A stretch of 24,150 bases of DNA, taken from IMG/VR virus record IMGVR_UViG_3300033412_000062, positions 1 through 24,150 of that record. The stretch is one strand, 5' to 3'. The translations under genes were made by a program, and so were the position numbers. Shown in pieces: positions 15,316-24,067 of this stretch. A model generated the notes under the pieces. That model worked only from the letters and a program-made list of their open reading frames with translations. It made no database searches and was not told where the DNA came from. Numbering within the stretch: position 1 is the stretch's first letter; the number at the start of each line of letters is the position of its first letter. This DNA is from a virus (Duplodnaviria; Caudoviricetes).

Positions 15316-15639
15316 ATGCTCGATCTCACCGGACCACAATGGCTTGTCCTGCAAACTGCCGCGAAACGTGACCGCGGCAACGTTTGCCCAACTTTGAAAT
15401 TGCGCGGCACCGCGCAGGCGCTGGTATTGAACGCCCTCCTCGAGAAAGGACTCATCATCGGCGAAGGCGCTCCGTTCATCAGTGAATTCGGCCGGGTCGC
15501 CGTTAAACTGATCGAGGCCGAATGGCTGATCCGCGAACTCTGTGGCCACGAAGGCGCGGAGGGCTGGTCGGAATATTTGCGCAGGCGCCTTGATGCCTAC
15601 GAATTTGTCACTCCCGAGACGAAGGACGATGACAAATGA
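15316..15639 (+). CDS. Hypothetical protein, possibly winged helix
   Basis: LTGPQWLVL...VLNALLEKGLI...ISEFGR; RBS GGAGG. Confidence 0.7.
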   Translation: MLDLTGPQWLVLQTAAKRDRGNVCPTLKLRGTAQALVLNALLEKGLIIGEGAPFISEFGRVAVKLIEAEWLIRELCGHEGAEGWSEYLRRRLDAYEFVTPETKDDDK

Positions 15640-15725
15640 CCGCCACCGACCGCATCCAGTATTTCAGCATCGCCACCGCGCTCCTCTCGATCGCGTGGCT
15701 CATCTCGATCGGAGTTTTCCTGTGA
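15636..15725 (+). CDS. Single-TM micro-protein (29 aa), not in the ORF track
   Basis: ATGA and GTGA coupling; MTATDRIQYFSIATALLSIAWLISIGVFL. Confidence 0.55.
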   Translation: MTATDRIQYFSIATALLSIAWLISIGVFL

Positions 15726-15928
15726 CCATCACCTGCATCGGCTGCGGTAAGCAGCCCCACGAGCTCGCCGAATACGTCGAATATGCTGAGATCGAAGGCG
15801 TGACACCCGAGGAGTTCGTGCGCGTCGAGGAAGGCACGTTTAACTCCGACACCGGCCATTTCTGCTGCACACCCTGTTACATCGACAAGGGCATGCCGAC
15901 CTCACCGACTGGATGGAAAGCGCCATGA
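15722..15928 (+). CDS. Zinc-binding protein (68 aa)
   Basis: CIGC...CTPC; GTGA start overlap. Confidence 0.7.
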   Translation: MTITCIGCGKQPHELAEYVEYAEIEGVTPEEFVRVEEGTFNSDTGHFCCTPCYIDKGMPTSPTGWKAP

Positions 15929-16044
15929 AACCCGAACCGACCGCCACCGAGGCTGCCGCCTATGTCGGCATCAAGATCGCCGAATGGGCCGCCTACGGCA
16001 TCATCGTGTATTGCGTCTGCAAGGCGTGGATAATCCTGCCGTGA
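15925..16044 (+). CDS. Small TM protein (39 aa), not in the ORF track
   Basis: ATGA and GTGA coupling; MKPEPTATEAAAYVGIKIAEWAAYGIIVYCVCKAWIILP. Confidence 0.55.
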   Translation: MKPEPTATEAAAYVGIKIAEWAAYGIIVYCVCKAWIILP

Positions 16045-16271
16045 GCAATTGGTTTCACCAAACGCGCATTGCATGGATCAAAGAATCCGTCGAGATTTTC
16101 GGGTTCATCAATCGCGAGCACGTGCAAAGGAAATTTGGCGTCTCGACCCCGCAGGCCTCCTATGACATCCGCGATGCGATGAAGGCGTGGCCCGACCTCA
16201 TGCGCTACAACACCGCAACCAAACGATACGAGGCGCTCATACCCGAGACCTACATCGGAGAGCCGATATGA
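16041..16271 (+). CDS. Stand-alone CapW/BrxR-like winged-helix domain (no WYL)
   Basis: RIAWI...GFINREHVQRKFGVSTPQASYDI...MRYNTATKRY. Confidence 0.7.
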   Translation: MSNWFHQTRIAWIKESVEIFGFINREHVQRKFGVSTPQASYDIRDAMKAWPDLMRYNTATKRYEALIPETYIGEPI

Positions 16272-16453
16272 GCAAACAGCCACCCGGCCCGCGCGAGAAG
16301 GCGCTGCGCGAGATGCGTGAGGCGAACTACGCGCGTGCCACCACGCTCGTCGAGCTCGCGCCGATCCCGAAGAAAACCAAGCACGCGCTGAAAAAGGCGA
16401 TCGCCGAGGCCGCGAAGAAAACCGGCAAGGGCAGGAAGGCGAAGAAGAAATGA
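16268..16453 (+). CDS. Small Lys-rich basic protein
   Basis: ATGA overlaps on both sides; RBS GGAG. Confidence 0.7.
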   Translation: MSKQPPGPREKALREMREANYARATTLVELAPIPKKTKHALKKAIAEAAKKTGKGRKAKKK

Positions 16454-16878
16454 CCACCCGCCAGCGCGAGCCGCGGCTTCTCGACCCCGGCTTTCTCGCC
16501 TTCCTGCGCAAGCAGCGGTGTATCAGCTGCGGGCTCGCGCCCCCCGTCGAAGCCGCGCATATCCGCATGGGTAAGCCCTCGATCGGCAAACAGCCGACCG
16601 GAATGCAGGAAAAGCCGCATGATTTTTGGGCCGTCCCGCTCTGCGCATGGTGCCACCGCAACGCGCCGGACTCACAGCACAACATCGGCGAGGCGAAGTT
16701 CTGGGCGATTGCCCGCATCGATCCTTTCGCGCGCGCCCTTCAACTGTATGCCGAATATGGCGGCAAAGGCGGCCGCCCGAAGGCGCGACGCGCGCCGAAG
16801 TCCCGCAAACCGAAGGCGCAGCGCGCCAAGATGCAATCTCGACCCTTCCCCAAGACGCAAAGGAAATTCGGCCAATGA
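16450..16878 (+). CDS. DUF968/Ref-like His-Me finger (HNH-like) nuclease
   Basis: CISC, EAAHIR, KPHDFWAVPLCAWCH, SQH. Confidence 0.8.
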   Translation: MTTRQREPRLLDPGFLAFLRKQRCISCGLAPPVEAAHIRMGKPSIGKQPTGMQEKPHDFWAVPLCAWCHRNAPDSQHNIGEAKFWAIARIDPFARALQLYAEYGGKGGRPKARRAPKSRKPKAQRAKMQSRPFPKTQRKFGQ

Positions 16879-17855
16879 CCGCGATCATGGACAATTTTAC
16901 ATGGTGGAAAAACGCCCTCGCCGGCAACCGAGGCCCAATTTATGACGGCGAACCGCAGTCGGGATTCTACCGCCAGAAGCGCAAAGACGGGCAATATGAG
17001 GCCGTCGCATATTGGAAGGACAGCACCACCGGCGAGCAGCGCTGCCACGTCAACGGCCGCGCGCCAGATCCACAGCGCGCCCTCGAGATGTGGCCCTACG
17101 CGAGCAAGAACCCGATCACCACGGAAGCCTACTGGCACCGCATCGACACCGGATCATGGAATGACGTCGACCAGGGCGCGAACGACGCCGCCAAGGGGCC
17201 CGACATCGATCCGGCAATCGATCCGGCCGGATCGCTCAAGGCCGAGATCACCAAGGCCCGCGCCGGCCTCGCCGCCTATGCCTCGATCGATAGCGACGAG
17301 CAGTCCGCCAAGGCGCAGACCCTGCGCAGCGCGCTAACCGGGCTCAAGGGCAAAGCCGAAAAGGCCTATGAGGCCGAGAACCGCCCCCTGCTCGAGCAGC
17401 AGAAGAAATTGCGCGAAATCTGGTTTCCGCTCCGCGACGATGCCGCCGATGGCGCCAATGATCTGCGCAAGGCAATGGAGAAGTGGGAGGACATCAAGCG
17501 CGAGAACCAGCGCCGCGCCGACGAGGAGACCGCCAAGCGCCAGGCCGAGGCGGCCGCAGAGGCGGAGTGGAAAGGCGCCGAGCCCGGCGCGATCGCCAAG
17601 ACCGAGCCCGAACCGGTCAAGCCCGTGGTCCCGAACACCCCGCCGCCAGCTGCACAGATCCGGGGCGGATCAGGCCGAGCCGCATCGGTCGGAACGAAAA
17701 AGGTCGTGATCTCGATCGATCTGCTCAAGGCATGGGACCAATTCGGCGGCCAGCCCGAGGTTTATCGGCTGTTCATGGACCTCGCGCAGCGCGCCGTCGA
17801 CGCTGGCCTCGCGGTACCGTGCGCCACCGTCGAAGAAAAAGCCGTGGTGCGCTGA
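16875..17855 (+). CDS. Conserved phage coiled-coil protein of the recombination module
   Basis: Start MTAIMD by ATGA overlap; GEPQSGFYR N-terminal domain and long helical region. Confidence 0.8.
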   Translation: MTAIMDNFTWWKNALAGNRGPIYDGEPQSGFYRQKRKDGQYEAVAYWKDSTTGEQRCHVNGRAPDPQRALEMWPYASKNPITTEAYWHRIDTGSWNDVDQGANDAAKGPDIDPAIDPAGSLKAEITKARAGLAAYASIDSDEQSAKAQTLRSALTGLKGKAEKAYEAENRPLLEQQKKLREIWFPLRDDAADGANDLRKAMEKWEDIKRENQRRADEETAKRQAEAAAEAEWKGAEPGAIAKTEPEPVKPVVPNTPPPAAQIRGGSGRAASVGTKKVVISIDLLKAWDQFGGQPEVYRLFMDLAQRAVDAGLAVPCATVEEKAVVR

Positions 17856-17910
17856 GACCAAGATGCACCGCCGCAGACCAATCACAGACTACATCAGGAG
17901 ATTTTTCACC

Positions 17911-18231
17911 ATGAGCAGTTATTTAGACGGCGGCGAGGCTTTCCGATTGGTGCTCGACGAATTGCTTGAGAGCCGCCGCGCCTTTGGCGAACTGCAAAGC
18001 GACCTGAAAAAGGCGCAGAAGCATATTCAAGACCTCAACATCGAGCACGGCCTGCATTTGAGCGAGGCCGGTGATCACATCGCGCGGGAAAAGACCAAGA
18101 TCATTGATCTCGGTAGCAAACTCTACATGGCCGCGCACGCCGTCAAGGACGCCCTTGACAACGAGAAATTCCTGCGCCTGCGCGAGGCGCTGCATGAGTC
18201 CGCGAACACCTTCGACGAAATCCCGTTCTAA
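17911..18231 (+). CDS. Hypothetical coiled-coil protein
   Basis: RBS AGGAG; acidic SSB-like tail DEIPF. Confidence 0.7.
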   Translation: MSSYLDGGEAFRLVLDELLESRRAFGELQSDLKKAQKHIQDLNIEHGLHLSEAGDHIAREKTKIIDLGSKLYMAAHAVKDALDNEKFLRLREALHESANTFDEIPF

Positions 18232-18249
18232 CCGCATCAGGAGACCCAC

Positions 18250-19701
18250 ATGGGACCGAGAAAGACCGCCACCAAGACCGCCGAGACCACCGAGGAGATC
18301 GCCGACGAGGCGCAGTCAAAGGGCGAAGTCGCCATTTTCCAGCCGCCGCGGCTGCCCTATCACAACGCCATCGAGGAGAAATTTGGCGTCAACAAAGGAC
18401 AGTGGAAAGTCCTGGTCGAAGCCATCTTCCCCGCAGCCAAGAGCGTCGACGCGATCGTGATGGCGCTTTCCTACTGCCAGCAACGCAACCTCGACCCGTT
18501 CAAGCGGCCGGTTCATATCGTGCCCATGTACGACAGCGCGCGCGGCGGTTACGTCGAAACCGTCTGGCCCGGCATCAGCGAGCTCCGCACCACCGCCAGC
18601 CGCACCAAGGGCTATGCCGGTTGCGACGAGGCGCAATTCGGCGAGGAAGTCACCGAGAAATTCACCGGCCGCGTCAAGCGTGACGGCGCATGGAAGGACG
18701 AGGCGATTGAGGTGACATTCCCGGCATGGTGCCGGATCACCGTCTATCGCATCGTCGACGGCCAGCGCTGCAAATTTGTCGGCCCCAAGGTCGCATGGCT
18801 CGAAACCTATGCCACCCAGGGCGCCAGCAGCCTCCCCAACAAGATGTGGCAGGAGCGCCCGGAAGGGCAGCTTGAGAAGTGCGCCGAGGCGGCCGCGCTC
18901 CGCCGCGCCTTCCCCGAGGAGATCGGCAACGACCTGACCGCCGAGGAAATGGTCGGCCGGAACGTTCACGACGTGGTGACGACCGTGGAACCGGTGCTAA
19001 TCGTCGACCACGCCCGCGATACCCAGCCCCCGCGGGAGCCGAAGGCCGCCGAACAGGCCGCCCCGCCGCGCCAGGACGCCGCCAGCGAGGCGCGCGACGC
19101 CGCCCCTCCACGGACAGCCCCGAAGCCGGACCCCATCAGCAGCGGCCCCCAGCGCGACGTAGCGCCGCCTCGCCAGGCCACCGCGCCAGCGAAGAAGGAC
19201 GACGGCCCGAGCGACCCCGGCCCGCAGCCGCATCAGATCCCTGGAACCGGCGAAACTTTCGAAAGCTGGTGCGCCAAATACTGCGACTTGATCAAGACGT
19301 CGCTGGACACGGCCACCGTCTACAAATGGATTGACCTAAATCACAAGCCGCTCGAGCGCTTGCAGAAGGGCAAGCCGTCGGAATACGCCAAGGCAAAGAA
19401 GGCGGCCGAGGAGACCATGGAGCGGCTCAAGACGCCGGAGAAGCCGAAGGCCTCACCCAAGGCCGCCCCTGCTCAGATGGACGAGATGGACGACGGCCCG
19501 GGCGATTCCGGCGCCGGCGACACGAACCCCGAGGACATCCTCAAGCGCATCGACGAGGAACTCGCCGCCGTCGAGGATCCGGATCAACTGCAATCGGTGT
19601 GGGACAGCGCCATTGAGCCGATGCTCAAAGACCTGTTTCCGCCCGACGTCGACGAGGCGCAGGCCCTTTTCCGCAAGCATGAGAAGCGATTGGGTGCATG
19701 A
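18250..19701 (+). CDS. bet: Red-beta (Bet/RecT family) single-strand annealing recombinase with a long C-terminal extension
   Basis: YCQQRNLDPFKRPVHIVP, GISELRTTASRT..YAG, MWQERPEGQLEKCAEAAALRRAFPEE; RBS AGGAG. Confidence 0.9.
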   Translation: MGPRKTATKTAETTEEIADEAQSKGEVAIFQPPRLPYHNAIEEKFGVNKGQWKVLVEAIFPAAKSVDAIVMALSYCQQRNLDPFKRPVHIVPMYDSARGGYVETVWPGISELRTTASRTKGYAGCDEAQFGEEVTEKFTGRVKRDGAWKDEAIEVTFPAWCRITVYRIVDGQRCKFVGPKVAWLETYATQGASSLPNKMWQERPEGQLEKCAEAAALRRAFPEEIGNDLTAEEMVGRNVHDVVTTVEPVLIVDHARDTQPPREPKAAEQAAPPRQDAASEARDAAPPRTAPKPDPISSGPQRDVAPPRQATAPAKKDDGPSDPGPQPHQIPGTGETFESWCAKYCDLIKTSLDTATVYKWIDLNHKPLERLQKGKPSEYAKAKKAAEETMERLKTPEKPKASPKAAPAQMDEMDDGPGDSGAGDTNPEDILKRIDEELAAVEDPDQLQSVWDSAIEPMLKDLFPPDVDEAQALFRKHEKRLGA

Positions 19702-19913
19702 TGGCGGAACGTTGGGGCGGCATTTATTTCCTTCTGGACGGCAAACAACTCACCTTCCGCGCATGGGCGAACGTGCCCCGAGTCGGTGAATGGGTTGTGT
19801 TCTCCCTAACCGATGAACCGTTTGAAGTTGCTCGCGTGCTATGGCGCGAAACCGCGGACAAGCCGGTCACCCCCTATGCCGAGATTATTCTCAAAAAGGT
19901 GACAAGTGGCTGA
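19698..19913 (+). CDS. Hypothetical protein
   Basis: ATGA overlap; VPRVGEWV motif. Confidence 0.7.
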   Translation: MMAERWGGIYFLLDGKQLTFRAWANVPRVGEWVVFSLTDEPFEVARVLWRETADKPVTPYAEIILKKVTSG

Positions 19914-20454
19914 CCTCTCCGCCAAAGGATTCATCCGCCGGGGCAAATGCCTCGTCCCGGCGGATTTTGTCGCCGAGGAGTGGCTCGAGGCCATCCCCGA
20001 CGGCAAGGAGGTGTTGATCGATTGGCGCAAACCGCGCCATCCCGAGAACCACCGCCATTTCTTTGCGATCCTGCGGCTGGCATCCGAGCATCTGCCGGAT
20101 TATCCGGACACCGACTCGCTCCTGGATGCGCTCAAGATCGCGTGCGGCCATGTCAGACCCGTCATGAAGGCCGACGGCGAAATGATTTTCCTGCCCAAGA
20201 GCATTAATTTCGGCGCGATGGGCGAGGAGGAATTCAAGCGCTTCAAGAACCGCGCGCTCTACGTGCTTTCCCGGATCCTCGGATTCGACGCCGTGTCGCT
20301 TCTGCCCGAAATCGAGGCGCGCAACGCGCGGATGCCCTACGACATCGACGGCCAATATCACCGCGTCGATCGCTCCGCCCCGCAAATCGCCGCATCCGAG
20401 ATGGATGACCGCGAAGAACCGCCGATTGAGGCCTACGAGGACGACAATGGCTAG
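19906..20454 (+). CDS. DUF1367 (NinB-related) protein
   Basis: KPRHPENHRHFFAIL...PKSINFGAMGEEEF. Confidence 0.8.
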   Translation: MADLSAKGFIRRGKCLVPADFVAEEWLEAIPDGKEVLIDWRKPRHPENHRHFFAILRLASEHLPDYPDTDSLLDALKIACGHVRPVMKADGEMIFLPKSINFGAMGEEEFKRFKNRALYVLSRILGFDAVSLLPEIEARNARMPYDIDGQYHRVDRSAPQIAASEMDDREEPPIEAYEDDNG

Positions 20455-20911
20455 ATACGCATCAGGATCCGTTCCGTATGCAGGCGCCACCAGCGGCGCG
20501 ACCGCGCGCGACGACATCACCAAACTATTGCGCCGATTCGGCTGCGAATCTATCGGCTTTATGGACGATTTCGAGACAAATGAGGTAATGCTCGCCTTTG
20601 CTCACCGCGGCCGCAGGATGCAACTGCGCGCTAGCGCAAAAGGCTGGGCTGCACTTTACCTTAAAGAAAACCCGTGGACCTCTCGCCGGTTTGGCAATCG
20701 CGCCGAATACGAGCGCAAGGCCCTCACCCAAGGCCAGATCGCCGTTAATTCAATCCTACGGGATTGGGTCAAAGGGCAAGTTATGGCCGTGGAAACCGGC
20801 ATTCTCTCGTTTGAAGCGGTTTTCATGCCCTACATGCTGACCGAGAACGGAGAGACCGTGATCGATCGCATCGCATCCCTGAATCTGCTGCCACCCCCGG
20901 CAGCGCAATAG
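20447..20911 (+). CDS. Conserved phage hypothetical protein
   Basis: ILRDWVKGQVMAVETGILSFEAVFMPYML; RBS GAGGA before the ATG at 20447. Confidence 0.75.
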   Translation: MARYASGSVPYAGATSGATARDDITKLLRRFGCESIGFMDDFETNEVMLAFAHRGRRMQLRASAKGWAALYLKENPWTSRRFGNRAEYERKALTQGQIAVNSILRDWVKGQVMAVETGILSFEAVFMPYMLTENGETVIDRIASLNLLPPPAAQ

Positions 20912-20920
20912 GAGGCCATC

Positions 20921-21613
20921 ATGGCTGACATGGACGACCCACATCCCGGCTACGCCGTTTTCGACACGGAAGGAACCGGCCTTTTCGATTACAAGCAACC
21001 AGCCGACGCGCCAGGCCAACCGCGCATGGCGTCCCTCGCCATCGTCTATGTCAACGAGAAACTCGAGATCGAGCGCGAGATCAACATTTTCGTGCGCCCC
21101 GACGTGAACGACTATTTCATGTCGGAAGGCGCGCAGAAGGCGCACGGCCTCACCGTCGATTTTCTCAACGAGCACGGTGTGCCCGTGACGGAGGCCCTCA
21201 ACGAGTTCTGCAGCGCCGTCGACAACGGCCGGATTATGGTTGCCCATAATTCGCAACACGACATGAAGCAAATGCGCGCCGAACTCCGCCGCGCCGGCAT
21301 GCAGGACCGGTTCGAGGGATCGCCGAACATCTGCACCATGCGGGCCATGACCGACATCTGCAAGATCCCGCCACGCGGCAACCGCGGCGGCTACAAATGG
21401 CCAGCCCTCTCCGAAGCGCTGCTATTCATCGGCGAGACCGACCTCGGCGACCACTCCGCCATCAACGACGCAAAGGGCGCGCTTGCGCTGCTGCGCTACC
21501 TCAAACGCACCGGCAATCTGCCGGACGCGAAGGTGCACTACGCAAAACAGCCTCTCGGCGAACGGCATCCGCCGAATCAAACACCCATGATGCCAATGCC
21601 GGACAAAGACTGA
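20921..21613 (+). CDS. DEDDh 3'-5' exonuclease (DnaQ-like)
   Basis: ExoI FDTEGTG, ExoII AHNSQHD, ExoIII HSAINDA; RBS AGGAGG. Confidence 0.9.
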   Translation: MADMDDPHPGYAVFDTEGTGLFDYKQPADAPGQPRMASLAIVYVNEKLEIEREINIFVRPDVNDYFMSEGAQKAHGLTVDFLNEHGVPVTEALNEFCSAVDNGRIMVAHNSQHDMKQMRAELRRAGMQDRFEGSPNICTMRAMTDICKIPPRGNRGGYKWPALSEALLFIGETDLGDHSAINDAKGALALLRYLKRTGNLPDAKVHYAKQPLGERHPPNQTPMMPMPDKD

Positions 21614-21640
21614 TTTTGCCACCACAGGAGACGCATCCAA

Positions 21641-22321
21641 ATGACCGCTAGAAAACCAAAACCGTCACGCCGCCCGCGCGGCGAGAAACCGGCCACCACC
21701 ATCCGGCTGTTGCGCCGGCAGATCAATACCATGGAGGACATTATCGCCGGCCTGCGCCTCGCCATCGCCGACAAGGAGAAGGTGATCGCCGGTTATGACG
21801 TCCAGCTTGCCGAGACCAACGACGAAATCATGCGCAGGATCGACCGGACGAGCGAACAATCAATCAGGATCGGCCACCTGACCACCCAACTGCGCGACAC
21901 CATGAAGCAACTCGCATTCCTCTCAGGATATTATGCCAGATCACAGGAAGAACTTGGGGCCATGGCTCCGCGAGAAACTCTCACCCGCCGAAATCCTGGA
22001 AATTCGCCGACACCTGCGCATGCTAGCCAAGATCGCCAAGGGCCGCGGTTTGAAGGAAGCGCCGAAGGGCGGCCTAGCCCGGATCGCGGCTCACTACGGG
22101 ATTTCCAAGGAGTATCTTCGCTTGCTGCGTCATGGCAGACGGCGCCAGGGCGCGATTTCACCGCACTCACCCCGGAAGGCTTCGCGACCGCAACGGATAG
22201 CAGCATCGCGCTCACCGCGGAAGAAGAATCACTATTCGAGCAAATGAGGCCCGACAATGTGGGACCGGACCGAAGGCGGAGCGCGGATAAGCCGTATCGA
22301 GGAATTGACGGCCCGCTTTAG
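21641..22321 (+). CDS. Coiled-coil protein with a disordered C-terminal half
   Basis: RBS AGGAG; heptad-rich N-terminal half. Confidence 0.7.
   Translation: MTARKPKPSRRPRGEKPATTIRLLRRQINTMEDIIAGLRLAIADKEKVIAGYDVQLAETNDEIMRRIDRTSEQSIRIGHLTTQLRDTMKQLAFLSGYYARSQEELGAMAPRETLTRRNPGNSPTPAHASQDRQGPRFEGSAEGRPSPDRGSLRDFQGVSSLAASWQTAPGRDFTALTPEGFATATDSSIALTAEEESLFEQMRPDNVGPDRRRSADKPYRGIDGPL
21933..22247 (+). CDS. Nested HTH-like ORF in an alternative frame
   Basis: KLSPAEILEIRR...LARIAAHYGISKEYLRLLRHG; AGGA upstream. Confidence 0.55.
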   Translation: MPDHRKNLGPWLREKLSPAEILEIRRHLRMLAKIAKGRGLKEAPKGGLARIAAHYGISKEYLRLLRHGRRRQGAISPHSPRKASRPQRIAASRSPRKKNHYSSK

Positions 22322-22517
22322 AGACGACACCAGAACATTCACGGAGGCGGTTATGGCCGCCTCCCTGCACTGCGCCGGGCTGCGCGGCGACGACATCCGC
22401 AGCATCGTCAACCAGGAGCTAGAGCGCCGACATGAGCAAGAAAACTGCCGCCGAGGAATTCCAAGAGGACATTATCGGCCTCATCCGCAAACATTATCCC
22501 CGCGCCCTGCAAGGTGA
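22257..22517 (+). CDS. Hypothetical protein
   Basis: GAGG upstream; overlaps both neighbours. Confidence 0.45.
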   Translation: MWDRTEGGARISRIEELTARFRDDTRTFTEAVMAASLHCAGLRGDDIRSIVNQELERRHEQENCRRGIPRGHYRPHPQTLSPRPAR

Positions 22518-22716
22518 CATCACACAATCCGACGCATGCGCCGCCCAGATCGGCATGGCCCTCGGCGGCATGCTGGCGCAGGCCTATCGCCTCAATGGCG
22601 AAGTCATCGGCCGCGGCGTCTACCAGACCATCATGACCCGCATCGTCGAGACCGCATCCGCGATCGACGACACCGCCGGCGCCGCGATCCGCTCGCACGT
22701 TCCCAAAATCCAATGA
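22432..22716 (+). CDS. Hypothetical protein
   Basis: GC3-rich codons; coupled to the next gene. Confidence 0.7.
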   Translation: MSKKTAAEEFQEDIIGLIRKHYPRALQGDITQSDACAAQIGMALGGMLAQAYRLNGEVIGRGVYQTIMTRIVETASAIDDTAGAAIRSHVPKIQ

Positions 22717-23075
22717 CAGCACCCAACCCCGCCGGCGCCGAACTCCGCCGCCGTATCCGCAACATCGTCGCAGGATCCGGGCGACCAGGCACTCGCCTCC
22801 CACGCCGCCGATGCAAGCGCAGTGATGCGCGCGCCAAATGGGAGGGCGATGTTGCCGCCGCCCTCACCGACTTCGGGTTTTTCTGCAAGCGCCAGAAGCG
22901 GATGCAAATCTCGCCGCTCCCACTACAGGAAACCATCGGCCAGATTGCCGCCGGACGCCTCGAGATTCATTATATGCCGGTGATCCAGACAACGCGGCGC
23001 ATCGAGGCGATGTTCGGCAACCTCGCCGCGATCAAAATCGATCCGTGGGCACCGCCCCCACGGCGCAACGCGTGA
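22713..23075 (+). CDS. Hypothetical basic protein
   Basis: ATGA overlap start MTAPNP. Confidence 0.6.
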   Translation: MTAPNPAGAELRRRIRNIVAGSGRPGTRLPRRRCKRSDARAKWEGDVAAALTDFGFFCKRQKRMQISPLPLQETIGQIAAGRLEIHYMPVIQTTRRIEAMFGNLAAIKIDPWAPPPRRNA

Positions 23076-23340
23076 CCGAGGAAAGAGACAGATGGAAGAC
23101 ACAGAGTATGCACGGGGGTTCAAGGCTGGATGGGACGAGGCAATTCGCGTATCGCAAGCAATCAACAATACCGCACCCTTCGACCCTGAGAAGAAATACA
23201 CCAACCACCTATCGGTTTTGGTGGACGCTGTTGGCGGCGAAGGCATGAAACGGGTGAAGGCATTCCTCGATTTGACTGGCTACGCCATCTACAAAGAATC
23301 ACCGCCGCACTCTTGAGCAGCGCGAGACCGTGACCGAGGA
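23071..23340 (+). repeat. 12-bp direct repeat CGTGACCGAGGA flanking one gene
   Basis: Copies at 23071-23082 and 23329-23340. Confidence 0.7.
23092..23316 (+). CDS. Hypothetical protein
   Basis: YARGFKAGW motif; purine-rich RBS. Confidence 0.7.
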   Translation: MEDTEYARGFKAGWDEAIRVSQAINNTAPFDPEKKYTNHLSVLVDAVGGEGMKRVKAFLDLTGYAIYKESPPHS

Positions 23341-23370
23341 CCGCAACCCAGATTAACCTGGAGATAAACG

Positions 23371-23712
23371 ATGATCCTAGCCGAACTGCCGCGCCTCCAT
23401 AGAGCAATAGAATTGCTTGGTCTCGACAACGGAGCCGACCCGATATCGAAAGCGACAATCCCGCCGGATTGGGAAACTCGCGCCAGGATCGCAGAGGATG
23501 AACTACTGCGGCTTACGCCGGCCGAACTGGAAGACCTCGTCTATGGCGAAGAGAGCGATCAGAAAACGGTCGCTCCGCGCGCCCCAGCAGTCGACGAAAT
23601 CCTTAATGCGGCCTTTGACAGCGGCGAATTGGCCGAACTGTTTTTCGAACCTTGGCGCAACATATTCGACGCGAGGGCTGCCGAAGCTAGGCAGCGTTCC
23701 TTGAAGAAGTAG
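23371..23712 (+). CDS. Hypothetical acidic protein
   Basis: RBS GGAG. Confidence 0.7.
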   Translation: MILAELPRLHRAIELLGLDNGADPISKATIPPDWETRARIAEDELLRLTPAELEDLVYGEESDQKTVAPRAPAVDEILNAAFDSGELAELFFEPWRNIFDARAAEARQRSLKK

Positions 23713-23725
23713 TGTGAGGGACACG

Positions 23726-24067
23726 ATGAACCTAGCCGACCAAATCGAAGCCGCCCGCACTGAGGTTGCTCGCCTAGAGCGGCTGGCGGCACAAGCGACG
23801 TGCGCCGAACAGGGGCACGATTGGGCGTGCCTTGGCGGCGCAAACTGCGGCTGCCACGAATGGGCTTACTGCTCGGTGCCAGTTCACGAATGCCGCCGCT
23901 GCAAGGCGTGCGACTACGGCGATAACGCCGATGCTGCCGACATGCGCGCCCAGTGCGAGCACAAGACGCCACCAGCATGGGATGACGTTGAGGAAGGATT
24001 TGACGCCGGAGAGTGGAATAACCTCCCCTCCCCGCCCGCAGCCAACGGAGAGACGCGAGATGGGTAG
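23726..24067 (+). CDS. Cys-rich putative zinc-binding protein
   Basis: C...HDW...CGC...C...CRRC..CD; RBS GAGGGA. Confidence 0.7.
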   Translation: MNLADQIEAARTEVARLERLAAQATCAEQGHDWACLGGANCGCHEWAYCSVPVHECRRCKACDYGDNADAADMRAQCEHKTPPAWDDVEEGFDAGEWNNLPSPPAANGETRDG

